Part shown: positions 51,691 through 63,921 of the stretch, piece by piece
Layout of the letters: each line of letters opens with the position of its first letter
How positions within the stretch are numbered: position 1 is the first letter of the stretch
DNA from: Octopus vulgaris
Taxonomy: Eukaryota
Reading direction: 5' to 3'
DNA: 64,000 nucleotides
Assembly: GCA_951406725.2 (NCBI GenBank)
Contig: OX597817.1
Location: 68,572,001 to 68,636,000 of the forward strand
The notes under the pieces: model-generated
Told to the model about the DNA's origin: nothing
Seen by the model: only the letters and a program-made list of their open reading frames with translations
The model's database searches: none
Position numbers and translations under genes: made by a program

Positions 51691-53792
51691 TTACTTTTAC
51701 AGCTTGAATTGATGAGTATAAATAAATAAGTTGAGATTAAAGGATAGTGTTATGATCGGATTATGAAGGTGTCATTGCTAACATAGTGATCTAAAGTAGT
51801 TTAACTGATCAAGATTATAACAGTAATGATGAGAAAACCAGGTGATTACGTAGTTTCCTCCGCCTTTCTTTTAAACTGTCACGACTATCAGTCGTTATTT
51901 AATCTCTTAGTATTCTTGAAATCTGGCAAGTACAGATATATTAGTTTGCTTTACTGCTGAGTACTAATGAAACCAAAACGTACTCGGAGTTGTCATAAAA
52001 TCTTCTTGGTATGAAGCTCACTCTCCCGCTGCTAAATGCCCTATATTCAATTTAAAATCAATTTCAATTTCGGAGTTGCCTCCCGTTTACTTTTCTTGAG
52101 TAGAATTAAAGATTAAGATTATGTCCGTATAATTTTGATTAAATCTATTTGGTTCACTACATTATGTTAATACTTAATAAACGTAGAAACTATCTATGGG
52201 AGATACATCACTGCTTCCCTTCGTAGTCATTTTTTCAGAGACTGGTTTATGTTCTTTGGTGGTTAATTGAGATCTGATCTTATATCTACTGGTGACAAAC
52301 AAATTGGTGGAGTTTTAAATTCTTTCCCGGTATTTACTTACGGCCCTTTACGCTCTGAGTTCGAATCCTGCTGAGGTCTTTTTCTTCCTTCTTTTTTCGA
52401 TATAAAAGTACCTATTGAACAACAGGTATCGATGCAATATATTAACTCTTCTTCCAAATTCCTGGCGTTTTTTGCTAATGTTTATTATATGACATAAATC
52501 GCTATTAAATTCTGAAAATAGCATTGACTAGGCAGAAACGACAAAACAATGAACAAATTTGTGGTATTTACGTCCGTTACGTCTTGAGTTCAAATCCATC
52601 CAGGATCAACTTCGCCTTTCTTATGGCGCCAATAAAAGAAACACCACTTAGGAACTAGGATTGATATAAGCGAATCTATCTTCTCATGCATCTAGAAATG
52701 ATACCTGAAGATGATTAAAAGTCGAAGCATTGTGTAAATATAATTATTTTGAAGATTTCCTAAACATGGATTAGACTATCTGGAAAAGTATAATCTTTTT
52801 CATGGGTATCACGCTTAAAATAAATGCCGTTGTCAGTTGAAATACTTTGTTTACAAAAGGAGATAATTTCTCAGAATTTTATCTCTTGATTAACAAAAAT
52901 GCAAGATGATACATTCGTTCATGTCAGAATACATCTGTCGCCTTCCATCTTTTCTCATAGGCAAGTTTATGGGACGGAGTGTTGAACTAGAAATAAAAAG
53001 AAATGAAAATAGACGTACAAATTTTTAAAAATTCACAGAGTTCTTTGTGAGAATTTTCCACTACAAGGGTAGTAATATAAGAACTGTTTTAAATTAAATC
53101 GCACATGCAAAGCTATAGCCTGCTCAGCATTATTGCGTGATCAATTCTCTGGAATTGGCTACATTTTCAGTTTGTGTGCTCTTAAAGTAAATATTGAATC
53201 AAAAATTTATTTTTTTCAACATTAATTCAATACAGTTTTCTACAACATGTAAATATCAGTATTTAAAAATAAATGTACGATTTCTATATTTTATCATATT
53301 ATCATTTTCAATGCATGTAAGCAAAAGATATTTGTTGTCATAATTGACAGCATCTGTAAATAATGGGCGTATTGAATGCTTATATTAATATATTTATTCA
53401 TACATATATTAAAGTTGGTTAGTATTGTATTTGGTTCTGTCTATTATATAGACATGTATATTATGCATACATACGTAGACATACACATATATATATATAC
53501 ATGTACATACGTATGTGTGTGTGTCTTTGTTTGTCCCTCGACCAACACTTGACAAGTGGTGTTGGTTTATGTCCCCGTAACTTGGCGGTTGATCAAAGGG
53601 GATCGAAAAGATCAGATTTAAAAAGAAAGTAAGTATTGCAAGCGATTTGTGTGACTGAACACTTCAAAGCGTGGTACTCCAGCATGGTCGCACTGTGTGT
53701 GCATCTATTTGACAGAATGTCCTTCCCATACATAAGTCTCTGTTTAGACACGTGGCTCCACAAGAAGGACTTGTTGAAACAAATACGAAAAG

Positions 53793-53833
<41 letters not shown>

Positions 53834-53864
53834 TATGGACACATATTTATCGAGTTTTTGTTTT

Positions 53865-53975
53865 GCTCACACTCAACCACTTCTGATAAACCATTGCTCC
53901 AAATTGCTCCGCAGACCATCACAGAGTAGCCGCCGTGTTTACAAATTCATGGGACAAGTCATACCTCTTGTTGAA
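53865..53975 (-). pseudogene. Tc1-like transposase fragment
   Basis: Minus strand [25 protein letters not shown], the KHGG-SVMVWG motif. Confidence 0.65.
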
Positions 53976-55854
53976 GTGAAGAAAATCATTAGCAGGTTCT
54001 ATGGAAGTGTATAAGATGAGTAGTAACCTCTTCTGGGGGAAAATGGTTTTAAATAGTTTATTGTTCTCTCCAGAAAATAGTAATTCTGAATGTTATAATG
54101 GTGCAGGAGAGAAAAGGATTTTTAAATGTTGTGATACGTAACTTTCTGGTTGTTACTTAGAAGGAACGTTAGAAAAGTTCAGTATCCAGGGTATAAGTCA
54201 ATCGATATACAGCAGTTTTCTGTCAGGGTTTCGAAACGTTGTCTGTTGTGGTTGAACTACTTTTGAAAGGATCTGCGGTTAAACCTAAGTACCAAAGAGA
54301 AGTTGAATTGACATTGACTATGACAGAACAGATTACTTCGTTTTCCTGGTAATTTCTTTGAAGCAGTACAGTTATGTTCTCAATTTGAAGAGATTATAAT
54401 CAGCAAGATATTGTGCAAGATATTTGATGGCTGGATACAAAATCTTGATATCTTTTGGTTAAGTAGTTTATGATACTTATGAATAGAATACATTTTTTTT
54501 CTGTAAGAGTTTTAAATTTTAGCCCATCAAGAAAAGAACTTAAATACCGGGGACTAGTTACCACATTACATGTCTCTATGTTTAGCATAGGTTGGCACTA
54601 TATTAGAGATTCATTTTACTTTGTATAGCAAATTCTTCGTTGTGCTGCATTGCAATATTTAGATGTTTCGTCAAAAACTTGTTTATCAGAGAATAACTAA
54701 ATTATAAACAATAGTTAGTAGCTGCTAGAATATGAATTTATAGTTGTTTTCCGTTAGAATTTTTGTTGGGTGAATATTTTAATTTCACTACCAACTGACT
54801 GTTTTGTTTCTTTACAACTACTAACCTATATTTTTTTGCTTTGACATTACATACATTCCATTCTCTTTATATTTCTTTCTGATATATTTTATTTTGACAA
54901 AAGACTTTATTTAACCATCATTGCTTCTGCAGCGTTTGCACACTCACCTTCATTCCAAGACCAATTAATTTCCATAACACAATAAATATTCAATTTTGTT
55001 TAGTTATTTCTTACTTTGCTACTTTCAAAAAATACTTCAGTTTTTTTTTTATCCCAAATAGTGTTCTACTTCCAACTTGCATCGTTGCCTTTTTGCATTT
55101 CATATTTTATTACTGTGTCTTAAACTATAAGTTTAATCCTACAACTCTATTTACCGATGTCTACACTAATAATGTGTTTCTTCAATCTCCGTTCAAGCCA
55201 GACACATACACATGTGTATACACGTATTTATCCATTCTTGAAATCTCCTATACTTTATTTCTATAATAAAATATTACTACATTTCTTTTAACTATCTCAC
55301 TTTATATCTGAAAAAAGTTGAGTTATTTTAATCGTAAATTTTGTGTTCAAAGTTTAAGCATTAGTTCCTCTTGGCTTTCCTCCTCTAGCGTCATTGCTTT
55401 TTTTTTTTATTTGTTTTTTTTTTACTTCATAAATCCTTACTTCCCTCAATTTTCTTATGTCGGCTAAATTTCAACATTAACGTGTCTAATATTTCAAGTT
55501 TTTCTGATTATCAATTTTTAAACCATAAAAATAACCTTTTTTCTCATTTCTACATTAAGCTTCTCTCTTGCTCGAGCACGCATATATAAATACATACACC
55601 CAATAATTCCATATCTGGGCCATTTCCCTCTCTTGCCGTATGTTGATTACTACTATATTCTGGTTTTATAAATGTATTAGTTTCTGGTGTTTTTTTTCTT
55701 ATTTCAACGTCTTGGTATCAAGAAGTTCCCGGACTAATTCTGTTGTGTGCCAGAATATATATATATACGAGGTGTTTTTATGTTCAGGTATAAGAAAAAC
55801 AATTTTACATTAATATGATGGGTTACTCTATATTTTGGGAGAGTACAAATTACT

Positions 55855-55968
55855 ATTCTTAAACAAGAATATTATTGACAGTGACTTCGAAGTCTCGGAC
55901 AATCCGACAATCTGAAACGTCTGGCTGAAACGTCGAAGTTACAATCAACAGTATTCCTGTTTAAGAAT
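55855..55968. repeat. Inverted repeat (36-bp arms, ~42-bp spacer)
   Basis: ATTCTTAAACAAGAATATTATTGACAGTGACTTCGA / TCGAAGTTACAATCAACAGTATTCCTGTTTAAGAAT; 6 mismatches. Confidence 0.85.
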
Positions 55969-56023
<55 letters not shown>

Positions 56024-56099
56024 GAGAGAGAGAGAGAGAGAGAGAGGGGAGAGGGAGAAGGTGCATGTCTTGTTTTCCATCAGTTCATCATGTGACAAA

Positions 56100-56307
56100 T
56101 ATTTCTTTTGTTTTACCGTAACTTAGCCATCTGGCAAAGAGAGATCTGATAGATTAAGAACTAATCTAAAAAATAACTACTAGGGTCTATTTGTTCGACT
56201 AATATCTTCAAGGCAGTGGCTCAGCATGGTCGCAGTGCAATGACTGAATCAATAGAATAATAATAATAATAATGATAATAATAATAATAATTACTACTGT
56301 TATTATA

Positions 56308-56370
<63 letters not shown>

Positions 56371-56769
56371 TTTACTTGTTTCAGTCATTTGACTGTGGCC
56401 ATGCTGGAGCACCACCTGTAGTCGAGCAAATTGACCCCAGGACTTATTCTCTGTAAGCCTAGTACTTATTCTATCAGTCTCTTTTGCCGAACCGCTAAGT
56501 TACGGGAACATAAACACACCAGTATCGGTTGTCAAGTGATGATTGGGTAAACAAACACAGACACACAAACACTCACACACACACATATATATATATACAT
56601 ATATACGACGAGCTTCTTTCAGTTTCGTCTACCAAATATCCACTCACAGTGATTTGTTCGGCCCGAGGCTATAGTAGAAGACACTTGCTCAAGGTGCCAC
56701 GCAGTGGGACTGAACCCGGAACCATGTGGTTGATAAGCAAGCTGCTTACCACACAGCCACTCCTGCGCC
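56100..56769. mobile_element. SINE B tail (+, ~56100-56250), (AAT)n/(ATT)n, then full SINE B (-, 56370-56769)
   Basis: Motif matches; tail-to-tail orientation. Confidence 0.88.
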
Positions 56770-56773
56770 TATG

Positions 56774-56817
<44 letters not shown>

Positions 56818-56825
56818 CAGTTGCA

Positions 56826-56871
<46 letters not shown>

Positions 56872-56879
56872 CAGTTGCA

Positions 56880-56937
<58 letters not shown>

Positions 56938-56962
56938 CAGTTGCGCCTATATTTATATATAT
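56770..56962. repeat. (TA)n interrupted three times by CATACAGTTGC(A/G)CC
   Basis: Motif at about 56814, 56868 and 56934. Confidence 0.92.
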
Positions 56963-56967
56963 ATGCT

Positions 56968-57150
56968 TTTTTACTTGTTTCAGTCATTAAACTACAGACA
57001 TCCGGGGGCACTGACTTGACGAATATTTTAGTCAAACGAATCAACCCCAGTACTCAGTTTTTTTAGCTTGGTATTATTCTGTCGGTTTCTTTTGCCGAAC
57101 CGATAATTTACGAAGACGTAAACCCACCAACACCGGTTGTCAAGTGGTAG
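56968..57150 (-). mobile_element. SINE family B 3' part
   Basis: TTACTTGTTTCAGTCATT..TTTTGCCGAACCG..ACACCGGTTGTCAAG. Confidence 0.8.
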
Positions 57151-58579
57151 TCAGATATTTATATTGTGTGTGTGTGTGTGTGTTTGTATTTATACTGAGA
57201 AATGTGGGTAAGAGAGGAGGGGAAAAGGAAAGAGAGAGAGAGAGCAAATATATAGTTTTCGATAGATCTTTAAACAGCCGCGTATTGAAACATCTGACCG
57301 AGTTAAGTGGTGCTTAACCTTGATCAGTCGGCAACAGGATGCAAGATTCTTAATTTAATATCATGTAATTTAGTATAACAATGCATTTTCAAAACCTTGC
57401 TTATTAGATGCATATTTAAGATAAATTTCGAATTGCAATGAAATCTGAACTGAGCGAATTCCATAAACAGAATATAAACACGAGGACCACTTTTGATAAT
57501 GAGCGTCTTATGCATTTAGAAACGCATTAACTTTCTAATATCCACCAACACAGCTCCGACTTCAGCTCTGGTTCACAAGAGACCTTTTCTTTCACACCAA
57601 TTAATCTGTTCTCTACAAAAGGTACAGGCATGGCTTATACTGAAGAATCTAGAAGATTACAAACATCCATTAACTGACTTCGATAACTATAGTTTGTATG
57701 ATTACAATGTTAATGGATTTATCCATCTACTTAAATATCTATCTATTTTTCTATCTTTCTTTCTAATTCTTTTTATCTATCTATTTTCTATCATTCCATT
57801 TTTCTCTCTAACTCCTATCTACATATTTCGGTATTGATGTATCTAGCTATCTATTTTTATCTACCTTTCTCGTTACTTCTATCTATCTCTTTCTATCCAT
57901 TCATCCTTGTCCATCTATCTATCTTGCAGCATCTGTATCTGATCTTCCTACATATCTTTCTCACTATCTATCTACGCACACACCTATGTGTGCGCCTATT
58001 AGACATCTATTCACCTACCTATCTATATAGATATATCTAATTATCTGCATAACTAGCTATTTATCTACATGTCTCTGTCGAAGGTGATGCTAATTCGATC
58101 ACAACTGGACATTAATCTATTCAATAGGTGGTGTTGTCTATTTTAAATAATGATACAAATACAACAGCGGGAGGAAACCAGCAGAAAGCAATACTGTTAA
58201 CAGCGCTGTTGAAATGTTTGACATTCAGAGGCCATTATTTGCTAAGTAATGGCTTTTCACCCTTCATCGACCAATATCTATCTTAGTACGCGCAGTGACT
58301 GTTGAATAGCAGAAGTGGCTAATTGCTTCAAGATAAGTAACTGAGAGATTCTTGTCAAAATGATAATACCTCATTTCATTAAGAAGATTTAAAGATGTCC
58401 CATTAAGAGAACTGTAAATAATAACGTTAATATAATAGAATGATAATCTTTATTATTAGTATTATTTTTATTACTATTGTTGTGGTTGTTATTTAAAAAA
58501 AAATAGTAATTGCACTTGAGATATTACTGGAATTCATTTACGTTAGATTAACTCCGTTAATGTTGCTTCTGAATTTCAG

Positions 58580-58652
58580 GAAGTAATTGTCTGTCCAACG
58601 ACCGACTCACGGACGGACAGACGGACAGACAGATAGACAGACATGGCAGAAG
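58580..58652 (+). other. Candidate host-gene exon containing a start codon (ATG GCA GAA G, phase-1 donor)
   Basis: Acceptor TTCTGAATTTCAG|G, strong donor AAG|GTAAGT, and ATG at 58643 in good Kozak context (GACATGG). Lies in non-repeat sequence. Gene identity unknown. Confidence 0.4.
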
Positions 58653-59056
58653 GTAAGTAGATCAGCATAAAAATAAATCATAGTTAGCCTGTGCTAAAAT
58701 TATCAACCTGTTTCCTATCATTTGTTGTTCTTCACTCACACACACACAGCGTGCACGCACACGCCTATATGCATATGTATGCACATATATTTTGAAATGT
58801 GAATTGAAAAGGATATTTACAAACGGTTGTCTTATGTAACTACTTTAAACATACGTATTAAATGCATTCGAAATATCAACATTTGGTTTTATGATTATTC
58901 CAGTATTACACGTAACTTTTGATAAGCTATATTGAATCAAAGTGTGTGTTTGTATATATATCTTCTGTGTGTGTGTATATGTGTGTGTGTTATATGTATG
59001 TATAAATATAAACAAACTAACATTTGTATTTATTGGAATTGTCGAAATGTGTATTG

Positions 59057-59351
59057 CACGATACAAGTAAGATGATATCTTTTCGAATGCAGTAATGCCG
59101 TTAGAACAGCAGAAGTAACGAGTAAATATCCTTACAAGGTGGAAGAAGTTGTCGACAAGCAACTATGTGACTCGAACTCACATCTCCCAAGATGATGAAT
59201 AAATTCAGCCGGAATCTTTGGGGATATGGGTTCGAGTTCTATGGCTGTTTGTTGACAACTTTTTCCGCCTTGTAAGGGTATTTGTCTATTATTTCTGCTG
59301 TTCTAACTGCATTACAGAGTTCGAAAAAAATATTATCTTGTTAGTATCGTG
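59057..59351. mobile_element. Foldback (palindromic) MITE-like element, ~135-bp arms
   Basis: CACGATAC..GTTAGAACAGCAGAAGTAA..CCTTACAAGG..AAGTTGTC..ACTCGAAC versus GTTCGAGT..GACAACTT..CCTTGTAAGG..TTATTTCTGCTGTTCTAAC..GTATCGTG. Confidence 0.85.
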
Positions 59352-59769
59352 TGTGTAGTGGTGACAGGATCGGGAGAGTGGGCAAAAGTGATTATGGTAT
59401 GTTTTAAGTCATGTATGTTTCTGAGATCAAATCTTACCGCGATTATATTTTATCCTTCTGTGGTTCAATGAAATACATACGATTAACTGTTTAGCTCCGA
59501 GTCTATCCTGACTGAATATACAAAACTATGATCAACTTCGTTCTACTTGTGATTATTTTACCTTTTTTACATATCTTGGACAGCACTGTCACCTTTTTTT
59601 TTATCAATATAATATCGTGTAAGGTAGATATTGCTGCCATTTCTGACCAGTTGAATGACCATCCGGAGGCCTCTTCATTGACTCGTGTAAGCCCAAACTG
59701 AATCTAACCGGCTCTACCCATTCCAAACATTTTAAGCTTTGTGTATGTAAATTGGTCGGAACTGTTTCA

Positions 59770-59970
59770 AATATTGGTACAATACTAGTAATTTGGATGG
59801 AAGTGGGAAAATTCGATTACATCGACCACAGTACATGACTGGTACTTCTTTTATTAACCCGAAAAGCAAAGTCGACCCCGGCGAAACTGGAACACAGAAC
59901 TAAATAGCCGGAAGGAAAGCCGCTAAGCATTTTATCCTATGGGCATACGATTGTGCCAGCTCGCTGCCTT
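59770..59970 (-). mobile_element. SINE family A
   Basis: Reverse complement of the A monomer. Confidence 0.8.
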
Positions 59971-60706
59971 CCTTGCGTTTGTCAATAAAATCGATATATT
60001 TATTACACAAAACCTTCTGTGGCATCTAGTTTACCACCCTACACACTGAGCTGACATCCAGCTAAAGTCAACTTTATCTTTCATCCTTCTAGGATCAATG
60101 CAATCGACAATAGATGAAAGAAGTCAATATATTTATTTTGTTTCCTTCAAAGTCATCACTAATCGAGCAAATGTTTATTCAAAAGCTCCCCCATTTCTCT
60201 CATTCAGGCATTATGTATCTGAGACTACTTTACCCAATATTCCCTTCTCTCTTTATTTAGATATTAGGGTGTTTCAAAATTTGGCTACAGTGACCATATA
60301 GACCATATAATGACCATTAGTTCAGGTGTAGCGAAAGGGAAGCTAGACATTAATGCATTACAGTAATGAAATTCATCTTTCTCTATGTTACCAATTCATA
60401 TCCGGCCATTTACAACAAAGTAACAGCAAGCATCTTCTACCTGATTGTTCGAATTGATAAAGATAGCAATCAAATCTCCCTCAAATGACTCCCAAGCCTC
60501 TTTAAAAAGGGGTACAAAACCAAACAAAAAAAATTAAATGGTCACGAGTTGAATGCCTTTTGATCTTAAGCCTGCTTCATCAGAACTAACCTGGGTTGAA
60601 ACAGCAACAACGGTCACGACAATAGCAAAATACCTGAAATAAATTATTTCCTACCTGATCGCTTGACTTGCAAGAGATAGCATCCAAACTTCCTTCAGAT
60701 TACACC

Positions 60707-61830
60707 GTGGTGAACTTCTTGGATGTCACGCTTGATTTAGACAGTGGCACCTACAGACCATACTGCAAACCCGAACGATAGGCTATCATGCATTAATACA
60801 GCCTTCTTCCACCCACCCATAGTGTTCAAAAACCTAATAAAAGGTATCAGTAAATGGATTTCGATCTTATCTTCAAATAAAGATATTTTCGACGCAGCGG
60901 CTCCCGCTTACATTGAGGCGCTAGCGGCCAACGGGTTCAAGGACCATATTGTACACAAACCAGGGTCGAGTAACCATAAAAGGAAACGCCACCGCAAGAT
61001 CTTATGCCTTCGCTCCCCCCTTCTCCCTAAACGTAGGTAAGAGTTTTCTTATGTTGGTTGATAAGTATTTCGGGTGATCACACAAATATAGAAATATCTT
61101 TAACAGATACAATTTAAGAATCTCTTTTAGTTGTGCACCCAATGTTAAAAAAAAATACTTAGCACTCCTAAACCAAGGACAGAGGCAGGTTGTTCATGCA
61201 GGATTAGAAATGAATGCACAGTGGACGGCCGATGTAACACCGAGGCTACAGTGTACCAAGCAAAGGTAGCCTCAAACAGAAGCAGCACAACTAACAGTAA
61301 TATCAAATGCCAACACAGGGACACACACTAAAATGTATATCGGATCTTGTGAAACTTTAAAATTCGCATGAACAACCACAGATCTTCTTTCAGGGTCCTG
61401 GAGAAACGCAACACAACTACACTCGCAGCATACGTATGGCGCCTAAAGGTCGATCATACGCCCTTTAACAGGAAAATACTAGAAACTTGTGGACCTTATC
61501 GCAATGGAACAAGACTATGGAAATTGTGTATGGTAGAAAAATATATAATCCTTATGAACTCACATGAGCCATGAGGCTACCTGAACTCCTGGACGGAAGC
61601 CGTGGGGAGTTGTCCATATTTTCGGAAATTTTTACTTCAAAAGTGGAAGAGAACTCGCCCGGCCATAAATTTTAAGAGGAATATTGTTTGATCTCTCACC
61701 GGCGTTCTTGTGTTTTTAAAAATAACATTCTTTGCTGAGAACAGTTATCGCTTAAAAAAGCTGAAAATATGTCTAGTTCACGCTAGATATGAAACCAATG
61801 TTTTTTCTGAGCTGTTACTTTACACATACA
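60707..61830 (+). pseudogene. 5'-truncated Penelope-like retroelement: RT C-terminus/thumb, Cys-rich linker, C-terminal GIY-YIG endonuclease, 3' repeat with hammerhead
   Basis: VNFLDVTLDLDSGTYRPY; HPPIVFKN; PPFSLNVGKSFL; IFNRYNLRISFSCAPN; linker CSCRIRNECTVDGRC; VYQAKV...MYIGSCE...RMNNHRSSF; LAAYVWRLK; LCMVEK; LNSW. Many frameshifts. Ends at (TA)n 61832-61843. Confidence 0.88.
61739..61817 (+). ncRNA. Type I hammerhead ribozyme fold in the PLE 3' repeat (core G8 mutated)
   Basis: AACAGTT..AAAG-CTGAAAA-T-ATGTCTAG TTCACG CTAGATAT-GAAAC CAAT GTT-TTTT..AGCTGTT. Stems I (bipartite), II (8 bp) and III can be paired by eye. The core reads CUGAAAA instead of CUGANGA. Confidence 0.6.
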
Positions 61831-61843
61831 AATATATATATAT

Positions 61844-62034
61844 CGCATGTGTATCGTTGGCGCTTTTCTTTCTCCGTCTTCCCTTCTTTGGACTTTTTCT
61901 ATATTTCTGATGAAGAGCTCCACTCGAAACGTGAAGTGCTCTTTCTTTTCTTTCCTTTCCTGAGCGTCCAATAACACTGTACTTATTCTACGTCCTCGCG
62001 TTGTTGTTTTTTCTTATTTGTTCATGTTTGGATT

Positions 62035-62037
<3 letters not shown>
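61844..62037 (+). mobile_element. Short hammerhead-bearing element, copy 3, flanked by (TA)n on both sides
   Basis: TATTT-CTGATGAA-GAG CTCCA CTC-GAAAC-GTG-AAGTG (61902-61938) has an intact CUGAUGA/GAAA core, followed by CCTGAGCG..AATAACAC. Confidence 0.7.
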
Positions 62038-62076
<39 letters not shown>

Positions 62077-62642
62077 CAGGGGTGGGGAATGTTTTAGTGT
62101 GGTGGGCAAAAGTTTCCAAAGGGAAAGGTCCGCCGGTGGGTGACAAGTTCTAACACATGTCTGAGTAAATCTTAAATCCTTAAATCCTTAAAAATGTTTT
62201 AGCCCGAAGGCCGCCGCCATGCTGGGGCAACACTGTATATATTTATGTATAATTCGATATACATTATCAATAATACGTTTAACACATTAAATTAACATGT
62301 AACATCTTCATTAACGCCGTCACTGAATTTAGGACACTTATATTACTTATGAAGTATTCTATATTTTTCAGCTAGAGCGTAGTTGGGTCTGAAGGGGTGG
62401 TACAGACATAACAATATGTTTTTTATAGTGATAACAAAATTTCCACCCAAATTACTATTACCAGACGATTTCTGTTCGCGTTCCAGCGTTTTAAGTTGTA
62501 GTGGAAACGCGACCTATGTCGCAAATAGGCATACGAATATTGTATAAATTTCATAATTGAAAACTTTTCTGTATTTTGTACATACGAATATATCAGCATG
62601 CAGGCATAATTGTGCCCGCGGGTGGAGTTTTCCCCACCCCTG
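62077..62642. mobile_element. hAT (Charlie-like) non-autonomous element
   Basis: TIR CAGGGGTGGGGAA / TTCCCCACCCCTG; near-perfect 8-bp TSD ATATATAG / ATATATAT; subterminal GCCCGCGGG. Confidence 0.85.
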
Positions 62643-62782
62643 ATATATATCTATACATACAAATTTGACATGGGCGATTCTTTCTTGTCTTGGGATTCGC
62701 GGTCAAACGGCTGGGTGGATTTGCGTGAAAAATTACACAGATATGTGGAATGATCCGGTGGTGATGATGGGCCTTGTCTTTT

Positions 62783-63013
62783 TTTTTTCATAGCTTCCAT
62801 GGTTACCGAGATAATCTACTATAATAATAATAATGTTCTTGTGTTTATGAATGGGAAAGGAAGGGCTGATAGATGAATAAGCAAGGAAGAGGGTGACGTC
62901 ATATTTTTTCATAGCTCCCATGGTTACCAAGATAATCTATTTTAATAATACTCTTGTGTTTATAAATGAGAAAGAAAGGGGTGATAGATGAATAAGGAAG
63001 GGGTGACGTCATA
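62783..63013. repeat. Tandem duplication of a ~115-bp unit, each with CCATGGTTACC and TGACGTCA
   Basis: 62783-62903 versus 62904-63013; TGACGTCA at 62894-62901 and 63004-63011. Confidence 0.85.
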
Positions 63014-63779
63014 CTTGGTAGTGGGATAATGAAAATAGCACGCTGAAAAAATAAATCAAACAGCGTTTCAACTCTGTGTCAATATATGTGTGTGTATGTA
63101 AAAGGGGGGTATGTAAATGTGTGTGTGTGTTTGTGTATATGTGTATGCAATGGAAGTGAGATTTTTTGTGAAGTCTTTCTTTGTAGTGTTTGAGCTATTT
63201 GTTTTTCAGTTTCAGATGTGTTTTTTGTCTTTTGGTTTTTAAATTTTGTGTAATATTTCGCATTGACGTTGAGGTATTTAATGTTTTTCAGTTATTATTT
63301 TTTTTTGTTTTTTGACCTTTGAAAATTTAATAAAATTTCGACCTGTTTTTTATTTCTTTTAATTTTTGTTTTATTTTTATGTTTGTTTCTGTTGTTTTAC
63401 ATCTTTGTTCGCTTACTATTAGGGTTTATTTTTGGATTTGGTTGAATCTTGGTTGTATTTTTTGTTGGTCAGTTATTTTTAGCATTTTGACAGAAAAAGT
63501 CATTCTAAAATTGGGTTTTAACGTAAGCGTGCCCAAACAAGTCGAATGGTTACACAGAGCAGGTTTTACAGCCACATCATCCAAACCGACCGGGTGGAAC
63601 CGGGCTTAGCTGCGAGTATAAATATATATATATACATACATGTTAAAGTTTTATATACATATATATTATTATTATTATTATTAGTAGTAGTAGTAGTAGT
63701 AGTATTATACAACCATGTTCTGACATCGAAGTTTCGGCGAGATAAGCCATCGTCGGACTGCCTGACGGCATTAATATCT

Positions 63780-63796
63780 ATTTATATATATATACT

Positions 63797-63841
<45 letters not shown>

Positions 63842-63889
63842 GCATATGTATATATATATATATACATGCATATATATATATATACATGC

Positions 63890-63916
<27 letters not shown>
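63780..63916. repeat. Compound (TA)n tract
   Basis: Direct inspection. Confidence 0.95.

Positions 63917-63921
<5 letters not shown>

Noticed and set aside
53980-54950. Possible decayed retroelement coding sequence on the minus strand
   Set aside because: Composition is suggestive, but no diagnostic motif could be read with confidence.
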